A stretch of 56,677 nucleotides of DNA, taken from NCBI RefSeq assembly GCF_001194135.2, contig NC_069002.1:12943571-13000247 (forward strand), in the 5' to 3' direction. Shown here in pieces: positions 13,256 through 26,808 of this stretch. Position numbers and translations under genes: made by a program. Position 1 is the stretch's first letter; each line of letters begins with the position of its first letter. The stretch is from Octopus bimaculoides. Taxonomy: Eukaryota. The notes under the pieces are model-generated. The model was not told the origin of the DNA. It saw only the letters and a list, made by a program, of their open reading frames with translations, and did no database searches.

Positions 13256-13939
13256 TCTATTCACTGTTGTTGTTTAGCCCCAAGTTAATCCTAAATGAGT
13301 TGGGAGGAACCATGCCTCCCCCAACAAAAAGAAAATCCGCACTAGCCATAACCATCCCAATTTCATACATAGAATATCCAAGACTATATTATCCAATGTT
13401 TTCTTCCTTTATTTAAAATAATGAGGTTTCATTTAATGAAGATTTGGTGGTGGTGGTGGTGGTGGCTATTTATAGCAGATTGAGTGACCACATAGAGGCT
13501 CCCTAATTGATGTATTCAGCTCTGGGTCCGCCCTAATTAGTAGGTATATGACCAGAAGAATCTCAATCCTGTCATCTATTCAGAAAAAAAGTGTATCTAA
13601 GATTATATTATTCAATGTGACCATTTTCCTAATGTGATAGGATTTGGCAGCTTTTTCTAGCAGTACAAGCAACTGTACAAAAGCTTTCCTTGTCAGCCCG
13701 TGTAATTAATATACAATTAATTATGGTATTTATGGTATTACATTGCATATTTAATAACAAAAACAGTTGTCTGATATTTGCTTTCTATATCACCATTGCT
13801 CAAATTATCTCAATCTGCCTGTCTGCTTTAAGTTTCCCTACCACTTCTAGGAATTAGATGAAGTAGGACATTCAATGAAGCCGGCATAGCAGTATCCTCA
13901 TCAATTGTTAGAAAAGCAAAGAGGTAATTTTAAAAAGAT

Positions 13940-14760
13940 TTGTCATAACCAAAGACTGATAAAGTAGTACCCACAACCGATACAAGGGCAAAGGAGATAT
14001 TTTACAAAGTAACCACTGTGGTATGAAACTGATGGATTACGAAAGTAACAAAACATTTATAGCATATCTGATTAGCAAAAGAATTAACCTAGATGTGTAG
14101 TTTGGGTTTATGCCGACTTCAGATTTTAACTAAGAGAAAACAACTAATCCTAGCATTTGTTGAGAAAGTCTGTAATAGAGCACCACACTCTGTTGTCTGG
14201 TAGTCAGTAAGAAAACTCAATATGTATGAAGATGCTATCAGTAAGATGTGAGTTAGCAATGAGCTCAACAAGCAATTTAGCATCCAGGAAGGTGCCTAGT
14301 ATGCTCAGATCTCAGCCTCCCATCTCTCATCCTACCCTCTCCTGTATATTTGGGTTTACCTAGCCATAAAACAGAGGAATTTAAGTCTAGCTGTCTGTAG
14401 GAGCTTCTGTATGCTGATGACTTAGGGTTCGGAGCTGTCTTAGTTAAAGAATTACAGAAGACATTCTAAACAGGGAAGTAAAACTTAGAATTAAGAGGCT
14501 TCAAATGACAAAGTTTTAGTGAGCAGGAAAGAAGACAGGACTCTACTGCCATCAAAGAAATGGCTTTGCTTAATAAACAGAGAAGATATCAATAGGAAGC
14601 TATTGCTACATATAGGAGATGCAGTGGAATTACAGGAAAACTAATATAAAAGGAAAAAATCTTTGTTATGTAAGAAATATACAGGAACAGTTAAGACTAA
14701 GAGCATTCAAGAAATAAATTCTTTCAACTGCTTGGAAAGTTCCATAAAAGTAGTTGACGG
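13940..14760 (+). mobile_element. Decayed RTE reverse-transcriptase domain
   Basis: YKGKGD, QFGF-like and ELLYADDL (YADD at 14410-14421) motifs with many stops and frameshifts. Confidence 0.7.
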
Positions 14761-16044
14761 CTTGTTATCTCATAGATAATTAGCTGTAAAGGAGTAAGTT
14801 ACTAAAAAGTGACCTTTCAACTTTATATGAGTAGTTCCATGGAATGTAGATATTTTTATAATCTGAATTACTTCTGTTCTTTATATGCTTCAATTATTTT
14901 TTCTATGATATTATCATAATATTAAATATTATGATATTTTTTTAATGATATGACAAGGGTCACCAGTCCTAGGACTCATAGGACTAGTTATCCAGTTTCC
15001 ATGGCAAATAAGTGACTAAAACCACAACATTCCCCTTGAACAGAAACCCAGTCCATTGCAGGGTTATCCATTTACAGATGAGAGGACTGGAGCAACATGA
15101 AATGAAGTGCTTTCCTCAAGAACAAAATGTAAAGCACTTCTGAGAGTTGAAACCTTGATCTGACAATCATGAGTGCAACACCCTATCCACTAGGCCAAAT
15201 GGATTCACATAATCTTTAATTAGAATGAAAAGATTTTCATTATTGGAATTTTTCTTTTTATTTATTTAATATGGATAATACTTAAATATTCTCATTACTG
15301 AAATGTGAGCATAAACGAAGTATTTGCATTTTCCATAATAAAGGTGGTGAAACAGAAGACTTTGATAATGAGATTGTCTACAATCTAAAATTGTATCTTT
15401 TATATTCTCCTTCATTGACGACAGTAATTCCACAGAGCCTGTTTTTGACAGATGTGCCAAACTTAACATTATATCAACCAATATATCATCATCATCATCA
15501 TTTTAATGTCTAATTCTACATGTTTGCATGTAAAATTTTACATGGCTCAGGTGGGAGTATGTTCGGGTAATTTTCTATAGCCACATGTCATTCCTGTTGC
15601 CAACTCACACATGTTTCCCCAAGTCTATAGAACAACCAACAGTCCAGATGTGTTTACATGGAGAACTAGAAACAAAGGACACTGTATGAATAAGCATTTT
15701 GTTTACAAAGATCATGCAACATATTGACTTGTGCAGAAGCCTTGACATAGTTTTGTGGTGGGCTGCAAGCATACAACACTGTTCGTGAAGCCATAGTTTA
15801 CGATCAGTGAATGAACACACAGGTACAGATGAGAAACATACGAAGTCACACACACAGAGACATACACATGTGCATGTGTGTGCGTGTTCTTTCAGTTTCT
15901 GTTGGCCAAATCCACTTACAAGGTTTTGATCAGTCTGGGGCTGTAGTAGAAACCCAAGGTGCCATGCAGTGAGACTGAACCCAAAACCATGGGGTTGGGA
16001 AATTAACTTTTTAACCACACATGCATGCCTACATATATTAATCT

Positions 16045-16700
16045 TTCTGATACCCTGAGCTCTGTAGCCACTGATGGGTGTGCTTCAGGTCTACATCAGC
16101 TTGTTTGCTACAGGCCACATATTTGCCATGCAGAGGTTTTTGTTCCTACTTATCAGCCAATTGTTCAAACAAATTTTGCTTTGCTACTGATTTCATCTTC
16201 TTTGCAACTACAGTTGCTGCACTTCCACCATGCTATTCAACCTGGGTATTATGCATAAACTCATTAGAAAATTTTTTGCCTTCCTTCATAAAAGAATGAA
16301 GCTTCTTATGTCTCTTGTGGTTTTCAATGAACTTTAACATCCAGTCGCTAGATGTTTCAAGATATTTTGCCAGTCCAATTGTAGTGGTTTTGTAAGAGAT
16401 TTCAAATTGGATCAAGCCTCAACCTCCTTGAGCTCTGGATAGGTAAAGATGATCTGCACCCACCTTTGGGTGGGGTATCTTATTGCAAGTCAGCAGCTTA
16501 TGGACATTCCTGTCAATCTTCCTTATTTTGCTCATATTCCAGTTCAACACATTGAAACTATAAATAACAACTGGAACTGCTAAAGAATTTAGAGCTAACA
16601 CCATGAGTTTTCCGAGCTGCTGTACCTTCATAATCACCATTAGACTCATCCAACTCTTTCTGAATCCTATGCACTGTCCTCAAATTGACACCCAAACACT
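16045..16700 (-). mobile_element. R4/Dong-like LINE fragment (post-RT region)
   Basis: LALNSLAVPVVIYSFNVLNW...HPKVGADHLYLSRAQGG*GLIQ...QKPLHGKY...THQWLQSSG. Confidence 0.75.
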
Positions 16701-17473
16701 CTGAAATGTTCATATTGGAGCTTCCAGTGCAAATGCCAAGCAGTACAGCATGTCATTTCCAAATTACTGGCAGGATGAATTGCGTCATGGTGCTGTTTTT
16801 CTCACAGATGGTGCCCAACTGACCCTACTATACTGTCATCAAAAACAAATAATGTGCATGCATGAAATCAAAATATAGAATAGCAACAATTTACCCATCG
16901 CATCCTGTGTATGTATGTATGTATGTGTGTATAATAAATATATATATATATACATATATATGTGCACACATATTTATATGCGCTTGTATTTTTGCCCTGT
17001 GTGTATCTCTCCACTACCTCTTGACAACTGGTGTTGGTTTGTTTGCATTCTCTGTAACTTAATGGTTTGCCAAAAGTGATCAAAAGAATAAGAGACTTAA
17101 TAATAAATACTGGAATTGATTTGTTCAACAGAAACCCTCCAAGGAGGTGCTCCAGCATGGCTACAGTCTAATGACTGAAACAAGTAACAGATGAACGATA
17201 TGTCCTTGTATATTTCAATAGGATATATAAACACAAACAGAATGTATATAACAGTATATATAAACAGAAACATAGAACGAATCCTTCTTTGCTATTCCTG
17301 TTTTGGTCTTACATTTTACTTAAGAATGTTTTCAATGTCATAATAAAACTGTAGGAAACTTAATCAATAAAATCTCTAGTGAGAGCATAAGTGTATTTAT
17401 AAAATATGGTGAATATTTAATGTATTATCTCTTCCATAAAAAAAATCTAACAACTTCATCACCATCATCATCG

Positions 17474-17508
<35 letters not shown>

Positions 17509-17524
17509 ATTATTATTATTATTA

Positions 17525-17840
17525 TTCTCTTTTTCTTTCTTTTACTTGTTTCAGTCATTTGACTGCAGCCATGCTGGAGCACCGCCTTTAGTTGGGCAAG
17601 TCGACCCCAGGACTTATTCTTTGTAAGCCTAGNNNNNNNNNNAATGCTAGGGGGACAAACACAGACACACAAACACACACACATATATATATATATATAC
17701 ATATATACGACGGGCTTCTTTCAGTTTCCGTCTACCAAATCCACTCACAAGGCTTTGGTCGGCCCGAGGCTATAGTAGAAGACATTTGCCCAAGATGCCA
17801 CGCAGTGGGACTGAACCCGGAACCATGTGGTTGGTAAGCA
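17525..17840 (-). mobile_element. SINE family 1 copy with small gap
   Basis: Reverse complement of the family body. Confidence 0.85.
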
Positions 17841-17927
17841 ATAAAACAAGTACCAATTGAGCACTGGGGTCGATGTAATCAGCTTATCATCCCCTGCCAC
17901 GAATTTCCTGGCCTTCTGTCAAAATTA

Positions 17928-17959
<32 letters not shown>

Positions 17960-17990
17960 TATTATTATTATTATTATTATTATTACCTAA

Positions 17991-18750
17991 GTCGGTAAGC
18001 TGGCAGAATCATTTGCATGCTGGGCAAAATGCATAGCGGAATTTCATCCGTTCTTACATTCTGAGTTCAAATTCTGCTGAGGTTGACTTTATCTTTCATC
18101 CTTTCGGGGTCGATAAGTTAAGTACCAGCTGAGTACTGGGGTTGATGTAATCGACTAGTCCCCTTCCACCAAATTTCAGGCCTTGTGCCTATAGGAGAAA
18201 GGATTATTATTATTATTATTATTATCATTATTAATATTATTATTAAGGTAGCAAGCTGGCAGAACTGATAGCACGCTGGTCAAAATGCTTGGTAGTATTT
18301 CATCCATCTTTATGTTCTGAGTTCAAATCCTGCCAAGGCTAACTTTACTATTTCATCCTTTCAGGATCAATAAAATAAGTACCAGTTAAGCACTGGTATC
18401 GATGTAATTGGCTTATCCCCTGCCCTAAATTTCCTGGCATTGTGCCAAAACTAGAAACCATTATCATCATCATCATTGTTTAACGTCCGTCTTCCATGCT
18501 GGCATGGGTGGGACTCATTATTATTATTATTACAGCGAGGAACTGGCAGAATCGTTAGCATGGCGGGAGAAATGCATAGCAGTGTTTCGTCTGTTGCTGC
18601 TATGTTCTGAGTTCAAATTCTGCCAAGGTCGATTTTGCCTTTCTTCCTTGCAAGGTCAATAAAATAAGTACCAGTTGAACACTTGGGTCGATGTAATCGA
18701 CTCATCCCCTCCCCCCAAAATTGCTGCTCCTGTGGCAAAATTTGAAACCA
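17991..18750 (+). mobile_element. SINE family 2, three head-to-tail copies separated by (ATT)n/(ATC)n
   Basis: Copies at about 17991-18203, 18246-18460 and 18533-18750. Confidence 0.85.
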
Positions 18751-18775
18751 TTATTATTATTATTATTATTATAGA

Positions 18776-19350
18776 TGTCACACAGTATACAATATCGCGA
18801 GGTTGCTGATATTGTGTCTACCGGGGGTTTGTGCTGTTTATCAAGTCACAACAAGGACCCCAGGCAGACATTACTTTATGCAATATGCATGCAATATCAA
18901 GTAATGCCGACTTTTGCAATACATCTAGATTGTAGGGTGTTTCTAAAGTTTTCAGATTGAGTAGTATTGAACCCAAGGCTCCGATGACAACAGGGATAAC
19001 CTTTATGTCTGACTCTCGTAGCTGCCACATCTTAGCGATTTCAATTCTCAGGTCATCATATTTATCAACCTTTTCTCTTTCTTTAATGATGATATATTGC
19101 TCCCCTGGCACGGCCACATCAATTATCAGGCACTCTTGTTTGTCCCTCCTAAAGGTTACTATATTTGGCCTTCGGTGCTCTAATACCTTGTCTGTCTGGA
19201 AGTCAAAGCCCCAGCGGATTTTTGCTTTCCCCTTTCCGTCCATTACTTTTTCTGGTGTATGTTGGTACCAAGCACCTGTAACTTCATATCCATACTTACG
19301 ACATAGTAATCAGTGGAGGTTTTGGGCTACCTTGTCATGTCTACACTACA
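18776..19350 (-). mobile_element. R4/Dong-like LINE 3' end with restriction-like endonuclease
   Basis: RHDKVAQNLH*LLCRKY...WGFDFQTDKVLEHRRPNIV...LIIDVAVP...KVDKYDDLRIEIAKMW...IPVVIGALG, short 3' UTR, then (AAT)n. Flanked by ATT tracts on both sides. Confidence 0.85.
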
Positions 19351-20166
19351 CTTGTACTCTTTCTACGCAATTATTATTATCATTATTTATTATTATTACT
19401 ATTACTATTATTATTATTATTATTATTATTATCATTATAGTGATTTAAACTCTTCGTTACAAATCAGTGAACTTAACAAATGGGACAAGAGATTTCCAGT
19501 TTTACCAGCATAACTTTGGTCATACTCTTATAATTACGTAAATGGGTGATAACTTTTTGTGTGTAATGCTTCCATGCAGTTTGTAGGTCAAAAAGATTTG
19601 AGAAAAGTTTGTGTTGTCAGCACTGTTAGCATTGACATTGTTTTGACGCCTACTTTACCCATACTTGCATAGGTCAGACAGAATTTATTAAGGCAGATTT
19701 TCTATGGTTGGATGCCCTTCCAGTTACCAGCCCACAACTCTTTCCATATAAGGTAACATTTTCCCATGACCAAACATGTCTTTTCCACAGAGGATTGGAA
19801 ATGAAGGACACCACTTGCCAAATGGTGACAACTATCATAGAATATGAAGGCAAAGAAACAGTCTCTCTCTCTCTCTCTCACACACAAACGCACACACACA
19901 CACACAAACACACACTGGGCAGCTTTCAGTTTTCTATTGACCAAATCTACTCGGAAAGCATCGGTCAGCCCAAGGATATAATAACACATAACTTAGAAGC
20001 AACGCCACAGATGTACCAACACAACACACACGAGATTGAAACAGCTGACCTCACACATTTCTCATGAGGAATTCCAGAAGAAGCTTCGTGAGACCACTAC
20101 TGAGACGCTTCCGGAAAAATGGAAAACCGTTGGAAAACAGTTTATAGCAGAGACTCCAGCAAATAA

Positions 20167-20202
20167 GATCTGAAGAAGGAATTCTAATTCCGAAATATCA
20201 TC
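20167..20202 (+). ncRNA. Minimal (Penelope-type) hammerhead ribozyme motif
   Basis: GAT-CTGAAGA-A-GGAAT(TCTA)ATTCC-GAAA-T-ATC-ATC: 3-bp stem I, 5-bp stem II, palindromic ATAT stem III, AUC triplet. Confidence 0.6.
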
Positions 20203-21549
20203 GGACTATAAATAACCAAGTTACAACAGGTATATAGTCCATTTTTTGTTCTATAGTGCATTATTATACCTTTCTAAACTTTTTATTCTTTACAAACAAT
20301 ACACAATGCTTCAAGCGAACTACAATACTCTCTAATAATAATGAAATTATTGTGTATAGTGCTCAGGTGCACTACAACTCATCAAAGGTGCATGTACAGT
20401 ACATAGAATTATGTACAGAAGTCAGGAAAGTGAACAGTGTATGAGTTATGATATACATGTGTGCCTGCGTGTGGTGGGTGGATATCAGGTGTAGTGTTGA
20501 TGGATTTCAGGAAGCATGGCAGTTTTAAAGGATGCAATGTCTCAGCACCTAACAACTGATGCAGGTAGTTTTTCCATGCTTCAGCAACTCTGAGTGTGAA
20601 AAAATGTTTCCAAAAAGTCATGGGAGCTGTGCTGTTTTCAACATCTGTTTTACATGGCAAGGGTTGGACGTTTTGACAGAGGCCAGCAAGCCAAAAGACC
20701 ACACCTGGCTGCACTGTCTATTTTGGCATGGTTTTTTTTACAGCTAGATACCCTTCCTAACATGATGATGATGAGAGAGAGGGAGAGAGAGAAAGAGATT
20801 CATGCATGGCTGTTTATTTAAGAAGTTTGCTTCCTACCATTATGGTTTTGGGTTCAGTTCCACTGCATGACAGCTTGACCAAGGTCTTCTATTACAGTCC
20901 CAAGTCGATCAAAGCTAAATTTGGTTTGGCAGATGGAAACTAAAAGAATACTATCGTATGCATGTGTGTGTGTGTGTGTGTGTGTCCTTTTCTTCATATA
21001 GTGTAATAGTTGCAAATGAGTGTCAGTCACACACGCAGTGTCATTCATTTCTGATATTCTGCAAGAACATGTCAGGCTAGGGTGAAATATAACCTAGCTT
21101 TGTTACAGGTGATGGTTGGTGGCAAGAAGGGTATCCAACTGTAAGATATCCATCTCAATAAACTCCACCAACCCATGTAGGCATGGAAAACTGAATGTTA
21201 AAACAATGATCATGTGTGTGTGTGTATGTATGTGTGTAATGTATACATGTAGATAGATAACATACATACATCTGTGCCAATGTTGTGTAAGGTTGTTTCA
21301 AAATTAATGACTTTTTTTTAAATGTCATCATTTCAGTCTGGTTTAGCAATGTAATCATGTTTTGTCTAAATTGCATTTGTTATTGGAAAGACCAAACAAT
21401 ATTGTTCTCATCATTAAAGACCTTGCCCAACCCATGGTTGACCTTGCAAGTGTTAAAGATCTTCTGCTCACAGTTAAAAACAAAGCAACAGAAAAATAGA
21501 AAAACAATAGATTTATACCTAATTCTCCTGTATGTATGTTTAAACTTGT

Positions 21550-21934
21550 GGAGGCGCAATGGCCCAGTGGTTAGGGCAGCGGACTCGCGGTCATAGGATC
21601 GCGGTTTCGATTCCCAGACCGGGCATTGTGAGTGTTTATTGAGCGTAAACACCTAAAGCTCCACGAGGCTCCGGCAAGGGATGGTGGCGAACCCTGCTGT
21701 ACTCTTTCACCACAACTTTCTCTCACTCTTTCTTCCTGTTTCTGTTGTGCCTGTAATTCAAAGGGTCAGCCTTGTCACACTGTGTCACACTGAATATTCC
21801 CGAGAACTACGTTAAGGGTACACGTGTCTGTGGAATGCTCAGCCACTTGTACGTTAATTTCACAAGTAGGCTGTTCCATTGATCGGATCAACTGGAACCC
21901 TAGACGTCGTAAGCGACGGAGTGCCAACAACAAC
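21550..21934 (+). mobile_element. SINE family 3, full copy
   Basis: GGAGGCGCAATGGCCCAGTGGTTAGGGCAGCGGACTCGCGG...GAGTGCCAACAACAAC. Confidence 0.9.
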
Positions 21935-21954
21935 CATACTCACAGCATAGATAC

Positions 21955-21989
<35 letters not shown>

Positions 21990-22616
21990 GCATTCTTATC
22001 ACTGTTTTACATTTACTTTCCATACAAGATCATCACAGTCAAGACTCAGCATATATTTAACCTTTTAGCATTTAAACCATCCATATCTGGCTTAGAAGAC
22101 ATCCTGTTTTCAACAGGATAAAGGGATCTTTTAAAACTACGCTTTTCAGAATGAATAGGGTGATGACTGGCAGTACATAGAGTTGGGGAGTAGAGTGTAT
22201 TGGGTACAATAAGTCCAATGTGGTCGCTTATATAGAGACTTTGAAATGGGAAGGAGAGGACAAATGACAAGGCAGATGGTCAAAGGAAAGAGAGTAGGTA
22301 GTTCCAATATGTTTCTTATATACAGATCTTGAGTTGGGTAGGAGATATCAAATGATGAAGGTGGTAAAACAGAAGAAAATGGGTCCTATGTCAATGGACA
22401 GCATGAGTGATACAGGGTTGAGTGAAGGAGATTAGGATGGCAGTAAAGTAAGTGATAGGGAAATAAGAGTATGACAAGGTAAGGAGTAAGCAGCACTTGT
22501 AGGCATTGCAGTGAAATAAACCTAGACACACACACACACACACACACACAAACATACATGTATATACATACAACAAAACCTAAGGATATATACACACACA
22601 TACACACAATCCAAAA

Positions 22617-22805
22617 GGTGAGTGGCTGTGTGGTAAGTAGCTTGCTTACCAACCACATGGTTCCGGGTTCAGTCCCACTGCGTGGCACCTTGGGCAAGTG
22701 TCTTCTACTATAGCCTCGGGCCGGCCAAAGCCTTGTGAGTGGATTTGGTAGACGGAAACTGAAAGAAGCCTGTTGTATATATGTATATATATATATGTAT
22801 ACATA

Positions 22806-22894
<89 letters not shown>

Positions 22895-23098
22895 TTGTGT
22901 GTCTGTGTTTGTCCCTCCACCATCGCTTGACAACCGATGCTGGTGTGTTTACGTCCCCATAACTTAGCAGTTCGGCAAAAAGTGACCGATAGTATAAGTA
23001 CTAGGCTTACAAAGAATAAGTCCTGGGGTCGATTTGCTCGACTAAAGGCGATGCTCCAGCATGGCCGCAGTCAAATGACTGAAACGAGTAAAAGAGTA
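22617..23098 (+). mobile_element. SINE family 1 (tRNA head, CORE-like segment, internal (TA)n/(TG)n), full copy
   Basis: GGCTGTGTGGTAAG A box; GGTTCAGTCCC B box; CACCTTGGGCAAGTG CORE-like motif; tail GAAACRAGTAAAAGAG. Partial copies at about 640-900, 1340-1640, 7250-7510, 8400-8500(-), 15850-16020(-), 16985-17190, 20810-20960, 37660-37810, 52850-52941. Confidence 0.9.
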
Positions 23099-23099
23099 A

Positions 23100-24200
23100 T
23101 ATAAATTAGACCATTTAGTCTTCACTGCTCCCAACGTTCTTGCAACTTTCAATTCTCCATGCACTTCTGGAGACTTCTTGAAGCAATATTCTTCATGCAG
23201 ATACTTTTCATGATGTCAGCTCGCATTTATAAGTAATGGACTGTTTCCCACTGGTTTTTCTGATAAAAAACTGTCAAGATGCGGACATATTATTTATGCG
23301 AGCCATAAATAAACATCACCGATGCCGAAGCAGTGTGACTGTAAAGATGTATGGAGAAGACAAACAAACACACACACACAGACTGGAGCTTGCTATGCTG
23401 AAATAAGTTCCTCTATTTAGTTTCAGTTTGAAATGAAAAAACTGAGTTAACAATCAGCAAAAGACAATAACTTGTATGACACTGCACTGGTCATTAGTCA
23501 GGTGTGAAAGATGTACCAAATGCATGCACCAGATGTAGTCTGTGACAAGCCAATGCTAGGACTGGTGATGCAGTCAAGCTATTTTCAAATTGTCTTTCTG
23601 CAGGAAGCTAGTGACATTGAGTTGCTGCTCTGCACAAAATGCCAGCAAAAAAGCACCTCTTGTCATTACATTTTCTAGCAATATGTTGGCCAAGCATGCT
23701 TTTTCTGGATTCTGTAGCATAGCTTACTCAAGCCTTGAAGTAGTCTGCAATGGTGATCTGTATGAGGTTGTACAGTTCAGTAAAAAGCCTTTTTCTGCAA
23801 GACCGGCTTGAAGTGTGAATGCATAAACACAAAAAGGTGTAGTGTACTGCTTGGCTTGCATTGGGAGGTATAGGGAGATAATGTGGTCAGAACAACCCAT
23901 TAACAGGTTGTCAAGCCTCAAAGAAACTGTATTGTGATCATAAGACCAACTCTACAAAAGCATTTATGCTCATTGGCACGGCAGAGAGTGGTAGAGGATG
24001 TAACCAGCAGCATGTTGTTCAAAGCTGTGTTTTTGGAAGTAAACTTCATGAAGAGCAATGATGTTAACCCTCAGCCTTGACAGTTCATATGTAACCAGAC
24101 TAGAATATCATTCTGGGGGACCACTTTCTGCTGCATTTTGCATAATTCTGATACTGGGCTTTAGTGCTTGTACACTTTGTGAAGCAGGGTGTACCTCTTG
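23100..24200 (-). mobile_element. BovB/RTE-like LINE AP-endonuclease remnant
   Basis: ELSRLRVNIIALHEV...HAAGYILY; RLDNLLMGCSDHIISLYLPMQAKQYTTPFCVYAFTLQA; LLAFCAEQQLNVT...HWLVTDYI. Confidence 0.75.
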
Positions 24201-25720
24201 TTTGTTTGTTTGTTGCTGTTAGACCACATTTGAGGACACCCACTAGTTGTGACTAGCCATCTGAAGAAAACAGAAAAAAAGCTTTAGTTGAGCTGCCCTT
24301 TCTAGATCTCCCTCCCTCTCTCTATATATATATGGAGTAAAACAGTATTGACCTTAGAGAAGACTGCTTGAACATTCAGGATGCCGTTAGATGATGTCAT
24401 TTCAAATTCAACATCAGTTGACCCATGAATCTGAACTGCCAACATGCAGGATTGAAACTGTAGTTTCCAATGTCATTTCTGAACTACTGTTTTCATCACT
24501 TTCCCCATCACTGCAATGCTTGATGAATGGTAAGGGAGGATGGTTGTAGATGTGAGAGTGGATATTGTTAGGTGGATGGCAACAAGCACATACTGGCATC
24601 ATCCTTTACACCAAGGTTTCATCAGTCAGGACCTAACATGCTGCGGCTGTAACACCAAGGTTCTTGGCACCAGGAAAGGCATCCAGCCGTAGGAACCTTA
24701 TCAAAGCAGGCATTGGAGCTCATTGCAGTCCCTAGATGCATCACATTCTGTCAAACCATCCAACCCATTCTAGCATGGAACATGACATTAAATGATGATG
24801 TATGCATGTATGTATGTATGTATGGGGGTTCGTATATAAATATGCAATCTATAACAGGTAACTAAAAGCGGTTGACATAGAGAAAGCTACCAGACCATAA
24901 AAGCACCACTTCAAAGTGCCTGTCCATTCCATTCCAGCTGATAAAAGCAAATGTAAAAATATCATATATACACATATACACATCCACTCACACAATGATG
25001 GGTGCATATTATGTCTGTGTTACATTAGATACACACACCCATCAAGATGACATATTTTCATTATAACAATTCTCTTCTGGTTCTCATTAATCTCTTAATT
25101 CGTTTACAAATTTGTTACACACTCAGACTGAAGTCAGTCGTATTATGCATAGAATTAGTGTTAAAGTTCACATCAATGCACGTTCACACTCTTAAGTAGA
25201 TATGCCTGGTAACATATAAATATATGTAGAGAGAGAGAGAGAGGAGGAGGTAAGTGAGGGAGAGATTGTAAAGTGTAAGAGAGGAAGAGAAGGAAAGGGA
25301 AAAGATGTATGAGAAAGCACCAGAGAGGATGGAAAGAAAAATATGGGGCAGAAAGAGAGAGAGAGAAACGGCGGTAGAGGAAGGAAGAGAGAGTGTGTGG
25401 GAGATGGGGAGATGGGGAGATAGAGAGAAAGAGCGTCGGATAGAATGTCTGGCGGTATATGCAGTTTTGGTAGCAAACTTTTGGCGACACTGGTGCCAAG
25501 CTGCCTCAGCTTGTAAGACATGTCTTACTCTTGACCCTTGGACATCATCGTTAGAGGTGGGTCACTTGTAAGCATTGGTAAACTGCTACTCTTCCACAAA
25601 AATAAGAGCCTCGCCGAAGCTTGCGTCGACAAGGGGAAGCTTTCCAAGTACAGATCCTAGAAATCGCATATATACATATATATATATATATATAAGCACT
25701 TTCCACACGCATATATATAT

Positions 25721-25775
<55 letters not shown>

Positions 25776-26698
25776 NNNNNNNNNNNNNNNNNNNNNNNNN
25801 NNNNNNNNNNNNNNNNNNNNNNNNNNNNNNNNNNNNNNNNNNNNNNNNNNNNNNNNNNNNNNNNNNNNNNNNNNNNNNNNNNNNNNNNNNNNNNNNNNNN
25901 NNNNNNNNNNNNNNNNNNNNNNNNNNNNNNNNNNNNNNNNNNNNNNNNNNNNNNNNNNNNNNNNNNNNNNNNNNNNNNNNNNNNNNNNNNNNNNNNNNNN
26001 NNNNNNNNNNNNNNNNNNNNNNNNNNNNNNNNNNNNNNNNNNNNNNNNNNNNNNNNNNNNNNNNNNNNNNNNNNNNNNNNNNNNNNNNNNNNNNNNNNNN
26101 NNNNNNNNNNNNNNNNNNNNNNNNNNNNNNNNNNNNNNNNNNNNNNNNNNNNNNNNNNNNNNNNNNNNNNNNNNNNNNNNNNNNNNNNNNNNNNNNNNNN
26201 NNNNNNNNNNNNNNNNNNNNNNNNNNNNNNNNNNNNNNNNNNNNNNNNNNNNNNNNNNNNNNNNNNNNNNNNNNNNNNNNNNNNNNNNNNNNNNNNNNNN
26301 NNNNNNNNNNNNNNNNNNNNNNNNNNNNNNNNNNNNNNNNNNNNNNNNNNNNNNNNNNNNNNNNNNNNNNNNNNNNNNNNNNNNNNNNNNNNNNNNNNNN
26401 NNNNNNNNNNNNNNNNNNNNNNNNNNNNNNNNNNNNNNNNNNNNNNNNNNNNNNNNNNNNNNNNNNNNNNNNNNNNNNNNNNNNNNNNNNNNNNNNNNNN
26501 NNNNNNNNNNNNNNNNNNNNNNNNNNNNNNNNNNNNNNNNNNNNNNNNNNNNNNNNNNNNNNNNNNNNNNNNNNNNNNNNNNNNNNNNNNNNNNNNNNNN
26601 NNNNNNNNNNNNNNNNNNNNNNNNNNNNNNNNNNNNNNNNNNNNNNNNNNNNNNNNNNNNNNNNNNNNNNNNNNNNNNNNNNNNNNNNNNNNNNCGCA

Positions 26699-26739
<41 letters not shown>

Positions 26740-26771
26740 TATATATGTATGTGTTTATGTATGTATGTATG

Positions 26772-26808
<37 letters not shown>

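Noticed and set aside
13851-13923. Exon-like segment with good AG and GTAATT boundaries
   Set aside because: Stops in all three frames; at most non-coding, with no other support.
25440-25670. GC-richer fragment next to a gap, possibly a SINE or LINE UTR piece
   Set aside because: No clear second copy or termini in the window, so it could not be classified.
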